Origin: an uncultured Clostridia bacterium
Lineage (GTDB): Bacteria; Bacillota; Clostridia; Oscillospirales; QAMX01
Assembly (NCBI GenBank): GCA_944376195.1
Contig: CALWBW010000003.1
Coordinates: 2,707-66,706 of the forward strand
DNA: 64,000 nt
Direction: 5' to 3'
Shown here: positions 9,022 to 16,516 of the stretch, piece after piece
How the letters are laid out: every line of letters starts with the position of its first letter
Position numbering within the stretch: the first letter of the stretch is position 1
Position numbers and translations under genes: made by a program
Notes under the pieces: generated by a model
Databases searched by the model: none
What the model was told of the DNA's origin: nothing
What the model saw: the letters and a program-made list of their open reading frames with translations, nothing else

Positions 9022-11190
9022 TTATGCGCGTACGCCGGCCGCCGGTTTTTGCTTGCCGGGAGCAGCACGGTCTGGATCGGTGCCGCGGCGCGCCAGGAGG
9101 TAAATCAGAGCGGCAAGGACTAAGAACCCGGCAATGGTTCCGACGCCAAATCCGCCGCCTGTGAACAGGCTGCCGATCTGGTAAATGGCCAGGGAGACCA
9201 GATAGGCGAACCCTGTCTGATATCCGATGGCGAACCAGGTCCAGCGGGCGTTGTTCATTTCCCGCTTGATGGCGCCGATTGCCGCAAAGCAGGGCGCACA
9301 GAGCAGGTTGAACACCAGGAAGGAGTAGGCGGAAAGCGTCGTGAAGTCTGCGGCAAGCAAATGCCAGAACTCTTCGCCCTCTTCGGAGACCTCGGCAAAG
9401 CCATAGAGAATGCCAAAGGTGGAAACCACATTTTCCTTGGCGATGAGGCCCGTAATGGCTGCGACGGCGGACTGCCAGGTGCCCCAGCCGAGCGGGGCAA
9501 AGAGGAAGGCAATCGCGTTGCCGATATAGGCCAGGATCGAATGGTTCAGATCCTCCACCATGCCGAAGCTGCCGTTTTCAAAACCGAAGGCCTGCAGGAA
9601 CCAGAGAACTATGGCGGAAAGGAGAATGATGGTCCCGGCCTTTTTGATGAAACTCCAGCCGCGTTCCCACATGCTGCGCAGTACGCCTGTCACAGTCGGC
9701 CAGTGATAAGCCGGGAGCTCCATGACAAACGGGGCGGGATCGCCTGCGAAAAGCCTGGTTTTTTTCAAAATGATGCCGGAGACGACAATGGCCGCGACGC
9801 CGACAAAGTAGGCGCTGGGCGCAACCCACCAGGCTCCGCCGAACAGCGCGCCGGCAATGAGTCCGATGATGGGAAGTTTGGCGCCGCAGGGGACGAAGGT
9901 GGTGGTGGTGATGGTCATCTTGCGGTCGCGGTCGTTTTCAATGGTGCGGGAGGCCATGACGCCCGGTACGCCGCAGCCGGTGCCGATGAGCATCGGAATG
10001 AAGGATTTCCCCGAAAGCCCGAATTTGCGGAAAATCCGGTCCATGATAAAGGCAATGCGCGCCATGTATCCGCAGGATTCGAGGAACGCCAGAAAGAGGA
10101 AGAGAACGAGCATCTGCGGGACAAAGCCGAGCACGGCGCCGACGCCGCCGACAATGCCGTCAAGAATCAGGCCCTGCAGCCAGTCGGCACAGTGGACCGA
10201 GACGAGCCAGCCCTCCACGGCGGGCGGTATGATCTCGCCGAAGAGGACGTCGTTCGTCCAGTCGGTCACCCAGGTTCCGACCGTTGTTACCGAGACATAG
10301 TAGACCACAAACATCACTGCGGCAAAAATGGGAAGGGCAGCCCAGCGGTTGGTGACGACCCGGTCAATCCGGTCGGAAAGGGTCAGGGCCAGTTTGTTGC
10401 GTTTGAAATAGCAGCCGGCGATGATGGAGGCAATGTAGGTATACCGTTCGCCGGTGATGATGCTTTCCGCATCATCGGAGAGTTCTTCCTCACAGGAGAC
10501 AATGTCGTGCTCCAGGTGCGAGAGGAGTTCTGCATGGAGGGAGAGCCGCTCGATAACGCGCCGGTCACGTTCAAAAAGCTTGATGGCGTACCAGCGCTCG
10601 CGCCCGGACGGGATTTTTCCCTCCAAAGCTTCCTCGATATGCGCAAGCGCGTGTTCCACGCTCCCGCAGAAGCTGTGGCGCGGCTGTGCGGCCTGCCGGC
10701 TCTCCGCCGCGCGGACGGCGGTTTCTGCGGCCTCTTTCACGCCCGTCCCCTTCAGCGCGGAGATTTCCACCACCGGACATCCCAATTCTTCGGAGAGTTT
10801 CTTCGTGTTCAGCCGGTCGCCGTTTTTTGCAACCACGTCGATCATGTTGATCGCAAGCACCATCGGAATGCCCAGCTCCGTCAATTGCGTCGTCAGGTAC
10901 AGATTGCGCTCGAGATTGGTGCCGTCGATGATATTTAAAATGGCGTCGGGCGCTTCGTCAAGCAAAAAGTTTCGCGCGACCACCTCCTCCAGCGTATAGG
11001 GCGAAAGAGAATAAATGCCTGGCAGATCGACGATGGTGACGTCGCTGCGGCCCTTCAGTTTTCCCTCTTTCTTTTCCACGGTGACGCCGGGCCAGTTGCC
11101 TACGAACTGATTGGCGCCCGTTAAAGCGTTAAACAGTGTGGTTTTTCCGGAGTTGGGATTTCCGGCAAGCGCGATTTTGATGGACATCAT
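9022..11190 (-). CDS. feoB: Ferrous iron transporter FeoB
   Basis: 722 aa. N-terminal G domain (GNPNSGKTTLFN, DLPGIYS, NMID) plus a polytopic membrane domain. Confidence 0.96.
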   Translation of the reverse strand: MMSIKIALAGNPNSGKTTLFNALTGANQFVGNWPGVTVEKKEGKLKGRSDVTIVDLPGIYSLSPYTLEEVVARNFLLDEAPDAILNIIDGTNLERNLYLTTQLTELGIPMVLAINMIDVVAKNGDRLNTKKLSEELGCPVVEISALKGTGVKEAAETAVRAAESRQAAQPRHSFCGSVEHALAHIEEALEGKIPSGRERWYAIKLFERDRRVIERLSLHAELLSHLEHDIVSCEEELSDDAESIITGERYTYIASIIAGCYFKRNKLALTLSDRIDRVVTNRWAALPIFAAVMFVVYYVSVTTVGTWVTDWTNDVLFGEIIPPAVEGWLVSVHCADWLQGLILDGIVGGVGAVLGFVPQMLVLFLFLAFLESCGYMARIAFIMDRIFRKFGLSGKSFIPMLIGTGCGVPGVMASRTIENDRDRKMTITTTTFVPCGAKLPIIGLIAGALFGGAWWVAPSAYFVGVAAIVVSGIILKKTRLFAGDPAPFVMELPAYHWPTVTGVLRSMWERGWSFIKKAGTIILLSAIVLWFLQAFGFENGSFGMVEDLNHSILAYIGNAIAFLFAPLGWGTWQSAVAAITGLIAKENVVSTFGILYGFAEVSEEGEEFWHLLAADFTTLSAYSFLVFNLLCAPCFAAIGAIKREMNNARWTWFAIGYQTGFAYLVSLAIYQIGSLFTGGGFGVGTIAGFLVLAALIYLLARRGTDPDRAAPGKQKPAAGVRA

Positions 11191-11207
11191 CGCTCCTCCT
11201 TATCATG

Positions 11208-11223
11208 GTTAGAATAAGCTAAC
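11208..11223 (-). promoter_or_regulatory. GTTAG-N6-CTAAC inverted repeat just upstream of the feoB RBS
   Basis: gttag aataag ctaac (11208-11223). The same dyad occurs at both feo promoters (11801-11816 and 47712-47727). Confidence 0.5.
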
Positions 11224-11231
11224 TTTATCGC

Positions 11232-11261
11232 TTTTAAAAACGGAGACGTCCGTCTCCGTTT
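11232..11261 (-). terminator. Intercistronic hairpin plus T-run between feoA and feoB
   Basis: The minus strand reads AAACGGAGAC-ggac-GTCTCCGTTT followed by TTAAAAG, giving a 10-bp perfect stem. Confidence 0.55.
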
Positions 11262-11275
11262 GGAAAGCCGGGAAT

Positions 11276-11506
11276 TTAAGAAACCTCAATCATTTCTGCG
11301 TCGTCACGGCGCAGAGAGAGTTCGTAGCCGCGGACGTTTACCTCAATGGGATCGCCCAGCGGAGCCACTTTCCGTACCGTGATTTCCGTGCCGCGGGTGA
11401 TTCCCATATCCATAATCCTGCGGCGTACGGGGCCTTCACCGCTGATTTTCAAAACGGAAACCGTTTGCCCGGGGCGTACGGCTTTTAACGTTTTCATAAG
11501 ACGCAC
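11276..11506 (-). CDS. feoA: FeoA family protein
   Basis: 76 aa, ...RRRIMDMGITRGTEITVRKVAPLGDPIEV.... Close paralogue of 47794..48015. Confidence 0.92.
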   Translation of the reverse strand: MRLMKTLKAVRPGQTVSVLKISGEGPVRRRIMDMGITRGTEITVRKVAPLGDPIEVNVRGYELSLRRDDAEMIEVS

Positions 11507-11511
11507 CTCTT

Positions 11512-11724
11512 TTACACCATGATTTTATTCGCCATCTCCCGAGAAACAGCGATGCGGGAGTCTTTTACGCTGACAATGATATTCCCGCCGATTTCGGCGA
11601 TTACGGTAACCGTGCCGCCGGGAATCAGCCCGAGGTTTTCGATAAATTGCCGTACCTCCGGCTTGCCGCCAATTTTTTTAATAAGCTGTTCTTCGCCGGC
11701 TCTTGCCATAGATAAAGGCATCAT
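11512..11724 (-). CDS. FeoA-domain protein (second FeoA copy)
   Basis: MMPLSMARAGEEQLIKKIGGKPEVRQFIENLGLIPGGTVTVIAEIGGNIIVSVKDSRIAV. I chose start 11724 because the predicted promoter (-10 at 11804-11799) lies inside the longer track ORF. Confidence 0.75.
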   Translation of the reverse strand: MMPLSMARAGEEQLIKKIGGKPEVRQFIENLGLIPGGTVTVIAEIGGNIIVSVKDSRIAVSREMANKIMV

Positions 11725-11798
11725 ATCACTTCCATCCTCTATGTTCGCTTTACAGATACTGACGGCGTGGCTTTGGTAAGCCTCAACTAACTGAGCAT

Positions 11799-11827
11799 AG
11801 GTTAGCACACACTAACTAATATGTCAA
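11799..11827 (-). promoter_or_regulatory. Promoter of feo operon 1 with embedded GTTAG-N6-CTAAC operator
   Basis: The minus strand reads TTGACA (11827-11822)-tatta-GTTAG-tgtgtg-CTAAC-ct. The -10 is TAACCT at 17-nt spacing. The dyad sits at plus-strand 11801-11816. Confidence 0.55.
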
Positions 11828-11923
11828 GCGTTTTTTCATGAAAAAAAAGAGGAAAAAATGGATTCATTCATTTTGCACAAGTCTTTTGAGAAGTGCACGG
11901 GAAGTTCTTGCGCGGTTTTACGA

Positions 11924-11964
11924 AAAAAGCAAACGGCCCCTTTCCAAAAGGCCGTTTGCTTTTT
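11924..11964. terminator. Bidirectional terminator
   Basis: gcaaacggcc (11929-11938) / ggccgtttgc (11950-11959), flanked by an A-run and a T-run. Confidence 0.75.
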
Positions 11965-11972
11965 GTCAGACG

Positions 11973-12734
11973 TTATAATGCGGCGGCGGCGTCAAACGCC
12001 AGCTCCAGGGCCTTCCCAAACGAGGCGATGCCCCATTCCCTTGCATCATGCGCTTCCGGATCGGCCAGAGAATCCGCGGTAAAGAGAATTTGACCGAACA
12101 GCGCGCCGCGGAAACGGGCGCACGCTGCCAAGGCCGCACATTCCATCTCCACCGCAATACAGCCTTCGGCCTTTCGTGCGGCAACCCTGTCGGCGGTTTC
12201 GCGGTAAAACGCGTCGGTTGTCCAAACGCGGCACTCCCGTACGCCGAGTCCGTGGCGCAGGAGCATTTGGCGTATGGTCCCGATTGCCGCCGCATCCAAC
12301 GCGATGGTGCGCGCGGGCGGGAGATAATGATAGGACGTCCCTTCGTCGCGGACGGCTTCCACCGGAAGGAGAAATTCATTTTCTGCAATGTCGGTGAGCG
12401 CTCCACAGGTTCCGACCGCAACAATTTTTCGAACCCCGGACCCAATCAGATGGTCGAGAAGCTGTACGGCGGCCGGAGCGCCGAGCGGCGCCTGACAAAA
12501 GCAGAGTTTTTCGCCCAAGTGGACGGTTTGAAAAATGGGATAGCTTTTCGTGATGGTTTCATAGCGCTCCAACGTTTCACAGCCGTGTTCGGTGGCATAG
12601 CGCTCTACTTCGTCGCGCAGGAAGAGAAACGCCGCTTTTTCCGGATACGCTATTTCGCGGTTGCCGGGCATGATGATGGCGCGTGGGTTGGGGTCATATT
12701 CCAAAATGGGAAACGCGTTTTCCATGCGTGCCAT
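11973..12734 (-). CDS. Nucleoside phosphorylase (PNP/UDP-1 family, uridine-phosphorylase-like)
   Basis: 253 aa with ...GAPAAVQLLDHLIGSGVRKIVAVGTCGAL..., VEMECAALAA and a phosphorylase fold pattern. Confidence 0.75.
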   Translation of the reverse strand: MARMENAFPILEYDPNPRAIIMPGNREIAYPEKAAFLFLRDEVERYATEHGCETLERYETITKSYPIFQTVHLGEKLCFCQAPLGAPAAVQLLDHLIGSGVRKIVAVGTCGALTDIAENEFLLPVEAVRDEGTSYHYLPPARTIALDAAAIGTIRQMLLRHGLGVRECRVWTTDAFYRETADRVAARKAEGCIAVEMECAALAACARFRGALFGQILFTADSLADPEAHDAREWGIASFGKALELAFDAAAAL

Positions 12735-12816
12735 ATGAGGGACTCCTTTCTGTTTTTCAGGTGTTTTGCAAGTGGTCAGGACTCTGTTTTAGGAGGGCAG
12801 AAAACAAAAATAAAAA

Positions 12817-12890
12817 ATTACGTAAATTCGTAAAAACGTATTGACAGGAATGCGAGGGTATGCTATTATGAGATTACGAAATTACGTAAT
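12817..12890 (+). promoter_or_regulatory. Promoter with an array of TTACGTAA-type operators
   Basis: aTTACGTAAat (12817-12827), TCGTAA, ACGTA, then TTGACA (12841-12846), 17 nt spacer, TATTAT (12864-12869), then ATTACGAA (12873-12880) and ATTACGTAAT (12881-12890). Confidence 0.55.
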
Positions 12891-12910
12891 AACAAAAAGG
12901 AGGAACGGTT

Positions 12911-13732
12911 ATGGATCGAGATTATGGCCGGGAATTGGATGAGCTTCGGGAAGAACTGTCCGACATGAGGCATATGCTGGAGGAGTTCCTCCGCGACGGG
13001 CCAGGCGGACGTCGGCCGGCGGGGCCGCCGCATCCGGGTGGGCCGGGGGAAGGGATTCCGCCGCACGAGAGACCGGAGGGCCCACATTGGGGGCCGGAGC
13101 CTCCCGGGCCCGGGCCGCATGGCCGCTTTCCGGGCAGACACGAGCCGCGCTGGGTAGGAAATGTGGCCAAAATGTCGCATATGCATCCAAATCCCCATGT
13201 AATGGCTCTGTTGGACAGCTTGGAAAATAAGGTTGGCCGGAAGGGAATGACGGGTGCAATCACATATATAGGCGTGTATGCATCCGGCGGGCGTCAGAGC
13301 ACTTGGATACGTAAGGAAATCAATATCGATGGACTGCTGCGGCTCATTGAAGATCGTTCCGCAGAACGGGTGCTTGCCTGCATCGGAAATAATGACCGTC
13401 TCAATCTGCTGCTGGCGCTGCTGCGGCGTCCCATGACGGTGGCGCAGCTTGTGACGGAATGCGGATACAATTCGACGGGCCAGGTCTATCACCATTTGCG
13501 CCCGTTGATCGCGGCGAATCTGGTGATGGAAGACGAGCACGACGACGGGAAAGGCCGCTATGTGGTGGTCTCACACCGGGTGCAGGGAATTATCATGCTT
13601 CTGGCGGGGATCAGCGATATGTTGGATCCGCAATATACGCAGGGAGACTGGACGGCGGACGAAGACGCAGACTTTGACGCTGTGCCGGAAAATTCGGACG
13701 ACACGGAGAATCCGGCGCCGGAGGAGACATGA
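12911..13732 (+). CDS. ArsR/SmtB-like winged-helix regulator with long Pro/Gly/His-rich N-terminal region
   Basis: The C-terminal half (...NDRLNLLLALLRRPMTVAQLVTECGYNSTGQVYHHLRPLIAANLV...) is ArsR-type HTH. The N-terminus has a coiled segment followed by GPGGRRPAGPPHPGGPGEGIPPHERPEGPHWGPEPPGPGPHG. The tail is acidic. Confidence 0.7.
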   Translation: MDRDYGRELDELREELSDMRHMLEEFLRDGPGGRRPAGPPHPGGPGEGIPPHERPEGPHWGPEPPGPGPHGRFPGRHEPRWVGNVAKMSHMHPNPHVMALLDSLENKVGRKGMTGAITYIGVYASGGRQSTWIRKEINIDGLLRLIEDRSAERVLACIGNNDRLNLLLALLRRPMTVAQLVTECGYNSTGQVYHHLRPLIAANLVMEDEHDDGKGRYVVVSHRVQGIIMLLAGISDMLDPQYTQGDWTADEDADFDAVPENSDDTENPAPEET

Positions 13733-13754
13733 CGTTTTCGTTTGCACGGTTTTG

Positions 13755-14618
13755 TCAGACAGGGCGGAACAGATGAATCCGAAAGGAAATCGTGACCGGC
13801 AGCCGGTCGAGGGCGGAAAGACGCTCCCGGCCGGCTGCCGGCGTTTTCCAGAAGTAGGGCGTCATGGCAAAAAGGTCTTGAATGACCTCGGCAGAATCCA
13901 ACAAAACCGTTCCCTCTACCGATACAAGATCCAGAGGACGAAATCCCTCGCAGGCAGGAGGTTGTTCGTCGTTGAGATACGGCGTTTCGTAGACCGCCTG
14001 CTTGAGTTCCCAGAGATGCCGCGCGCCGGGGAGTACGCAGAAAAGAACGCCGTCCGGTTTTAAGACGCGCCGGAACTCCCCGAAAGCCAGCGGCGAAAAG
14101 CAGCTGAGCAGCAGATCCGCCGTTTGCGCGGCAAAGGGAAGGTCGTAGGCGGAGGCAACTGCGAATTCAACCCCATGGTCCCGCTTTGCCGCGAAACGCA
14201 GGCAGCTTTTCGAAATATCAATGCCGGCCGCACGCGGCTCCAGTCCGGCACGGCGCAGCGCGCCGGCAATTTCCGCCGTATAATACCCCTCACCGCAGCC
14301 GGAATCCACAAAAACGGGCCTCTGTGGCGCATACTCCGTGAAAAGTGCCGCCAAACTCCCGGCAAGCGGGGCATAGTAACCGCCCGAGAGGAACCGGTTG
14401 CGGGCGGCGGCCATGCCGCGGTCGTCACCCGGCGTGCGGGAGTGCATGCGGTTTGCGGGCAGCAGATGGGTATAGCCGGCTGCCGCACGGTCAAAATTGT
14501 GCCCCTGTGCACAGCGGTAACCGGTATCGTACCGGATCAGCGCGCTGTGACAGACGGGGCAGATGAATAGGCTGTCCGATGCCGGGCAGGGAGACTTCGT
14601 CCCTTCATATTCTTTCAT
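13755..14618 (-). CDS. rlmA: 23S rRNA (guanine-N1)-methyltransferase RlmA-like
   Basis: Zn-ribbon CPVCHSAL...YRCAQGHNFD, then LLPAN...GDD and SAM motif VDSGCGEGYY. The start is ATG 14618. Confidence 0.8.
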   Translation of the reverse strand: MKEYEGTKSPCPASDSLFICPVCHSALIRYDTGYRCAQGHNFDRAAAGYTHLLPANRMHSRTPGDDRGMAAARNRFLSGGYYAPLAGSLAALFTEYAPQRPVFVDSGCGEGYYTAEIAGALRRAGLEPRAAGIDISKSCLRFAAKRDHGVEFAVASAYDLPFAAQTADLLLSCFSPLAFGEFRRVLKPDGVLFCVLPGARHLWELKQAVYETPYLNDEQPPACEGFRPLDLVSVEGTVLLDSAEVIQDLFAMTPYFWKTPAAGRERLSALDRLPVTISFRIHLFRPV

Positions 14619-14846
14619 GCAGGTCCCTTCCAATTTCGTATGAGCTACGTACAGGATAGCGTAAAAATGAATTTTGGTCAAGCAGGCGTACTTCTTTTTG
14701 TACAATTTTTGTAATTTTCCGACAGAAGCGTATAGGAGTCGGCAAAATGCATAGAAAAACTTGCCGTAATCTGCTATATTTCGACAGAAAAATGTTCATA
14801 TTTGCTGGACATGCAGAACTTGATGTGTTAAGATAATACAAATGTT

Positions 14847-14870
14847 AAAATCCCGCTTTGCGGGATTTTT
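14847..14870 (+). terminator. Terminator-like hairpin in the uracil-permease leader (possible attenuator)
   Basis: aaaatcccgc (14847-14856) / gcgggatttt (14860-14869) plus T, about 40 nt upstream of the start codon. No upstream plus-strand gene exists for it to terminate. Confidence 0.4.
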
Positions 14871-14909
14871 GACAGATTCGGTATTACGAAACATGAGGAG
14901 GATGTCAAG

Positions 14910-16280
14910 ATGGCAAAGAAACCTGCTTCGCAGATCGGTTCGGAAGGCATCTATGATGCCCGCGTCCTTGGTGCTCCCAAAATGCTGGTGTTGGGTGTGC
15001 AGCATATGTTCGCCATGTTTGGCGCGACGGTGCTGGTGCCGGCACTTACCGGGTTGGATATCGCGACGACCCTGTTGTTTGCGGGACTCGGCACACTGCT
15101 TTTCCACTTGCTGGCAAAAGGGAAGGTTCCGGCATTTTTGGGAAGTTCTTTTGCGTTTATCGGTGGATACAACGCGGTGCGCCTGGTGGACACCATGGCG
15201 GACGGTACCCCGGTTTATGACAATGCACTGCTTCCGTACGCCTGCTTCGGCGTAGCAATTGCGGGGCTGATGTATGTAATCCTGTCCGCACTCTTTAAGA
15301 TTTTCGGCGTAAGAAAGGTTATGCGCTTCTTCCCGCCGATTGTGACCGGCCCGATTATCATTGCAATCGGCCTGACGCTTTCTTCCTCCGCGATTACCAA
15401 CTGCAATGCCAACTGGCTTGTGGCCGTGGTTGCCATCTTGATTGTAATTTGCTTCAATATGTGGGGCAAGGGCATGTCGAAGATCATTCCGATCCTGTTG
15501 GGCGTGCTGGGCTCCTATCTCTTTGCGCTGATTATTGACCCCGCTGCGCGGGATTCTGTCGTCACGGCGGTCTCGGAGGCACAGTGGTTCGGCCTGCCGG
15601 TGGTGTGGGACCACACGGTGTTTGCCCTGTTTGCCGGAGATGTGGATATGGGTACGCTGTGGTCTGCGGTCTTCACGATTGTTCCGCTTTCCCTGGCTAC
15701 GATGGTGGAGCATATCGGCGATATGTGCGCGATCAGCTCGACGGTTAACAGAAACTACGTGCAGGCCCCCGGTTTGCACCGCACCCTTTTGGGCGACGGC
15801 CTTGCCACGACGCTTGCTTCCCTGTTCGGCGCGCCTGCCAATACGACCTATGGCGAAAACACCGGCGTTTTGGCGCTTTCCAAGGTATATGACCCGCGTG
15901 TGATTCGGATTGCGGCCTATATTGCGATTCTGGTTTCGTTCTGCCCGAAGTTTGCGGCGCTTGTCTCCGCTATGCCGGCCGCGACAATCGGCGGCGTTTC
16001 TCTGGTGCTTTATGGAATGATCTCCGCAGTCGGCGTCCGGAACGTGGTAGAAAATAAGGTGGACTTTACGAATACCCGCAACGTGATTATTGCCGCCCTG
16101 ATCCTGGTGCTGGCTATCGGCGTCACTTACAGCGGCAATATCCAGATCGGCGTGGTCTCCCTCTCCGGCCTTGCGGTGGCTTCGATTGTCGGTATTATTT
16201 TGAATGCCGTCCTGCCGGGCAAAGATTATCAGTTCGGTATGGATCTGCGCGGCGATACCTCCGTCAACTTTAAAGTTTAA
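14910..16280 (+). CDS. uraA: Uracil permease (NCS2 family)
   Basis: 456 aa with LGVQHMFAMFGATVLVPALTG and a polytopic NCS2 pattern. RBS GAGGAGG. Confidence 0.88.
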   Translation: MAKKPASQIGSEGIYDARVLGAPKMLVLGVQHMFAMFGATVLVPALTGLDIATTLLFAGLGTLLFHLLAKGKVPAFLGSSFAFIGGYNAVRLVDTMADGTPVYDNALLPYACFGVAIAGLMYVILSALFKIFGVRKVMRFFPPIVTGPIIIAIGLTLSSSAITNCNANWLVAVVAILIVICFNMWGKGMSKIIPILLGVLGSYLFALIIDPAARDSVVTAVSEAQWFGLPVVWDHTVFALFAGDVDMGTLWSAVFTIVPLSLATMVEHIGDMCAISSTVNRNYVQAPGLHRTLLGDGLATTLASLFGAPANTTYGENTGVLALSKVYDPRVIRIAAYIAILVSFCPKFAALVSAMPAATIGGVSLVLYGMISAVGVRNVVENKVDFTNTRNVIIAALILVLAIGVTYSGNIQIGVVSLSGLAVASIVGIILNAVLPGKDYQFGMDLRGDTSVNFKV

Positions 16281-16382
16281 ACTGGTCTGAATCCTGCTTG
16301 CGTGGGCGGCTGGAATACCGGCTGCAAAAAACGCGGGGGTTTTGGAAACGGCCGTTCGTCTGGCAGACGGGCGGTATATGGA

Positions 16383-16419
16383 AGCGTCCCTCCCTGTCAG
16401 GAGGGCGCTTTCTTTTTTT
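16383..16419 (+). terminator. Terminator after the uracil permease gene
   Basis: agcgtccctcc / ggagggcgct stem followed by TTTCTTTTTTT. Confidence 0.75.
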
Positions 16420-16516
16420 GCGATTCCGCCGCCTGCTTTTCCGCTGGAACGGCAGTGCAAGATATGCTATACTATCCGTAACAAAACCGTCTGGCATAAG
16501 CAGAAGGAGGGATTTT

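Noticed and set aside
9361-10938. 525-aa ORF antisense to feoB, and the equivalent 498-aa ORF at 48051..49547 antisense to the second feoB.
   Set aside because: These are mirror images of well-supported genes. Their translations are Gly/Arg/Asp-rich with no domain features and no RBS.
14706-14909. PyrR-binding anti-antiterminator in the uracil permease leader.
   Set aside because: The conserved PyrR loop motif (UCCAGAGAGG-like) is not present. Only the terminator-like hairpin is supported.
14796-16460. 554-aa ORF antisense to the uracil permease. Similar cases are 6081..7208, 37179..38744, 41557..43053, 45128..46288 and 12866..13540.
   Set aside because: All are antisense shadows of genes with clear homology-type motifs. 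Their products are Arg/His/Gln-rich nonsense-like sequences.
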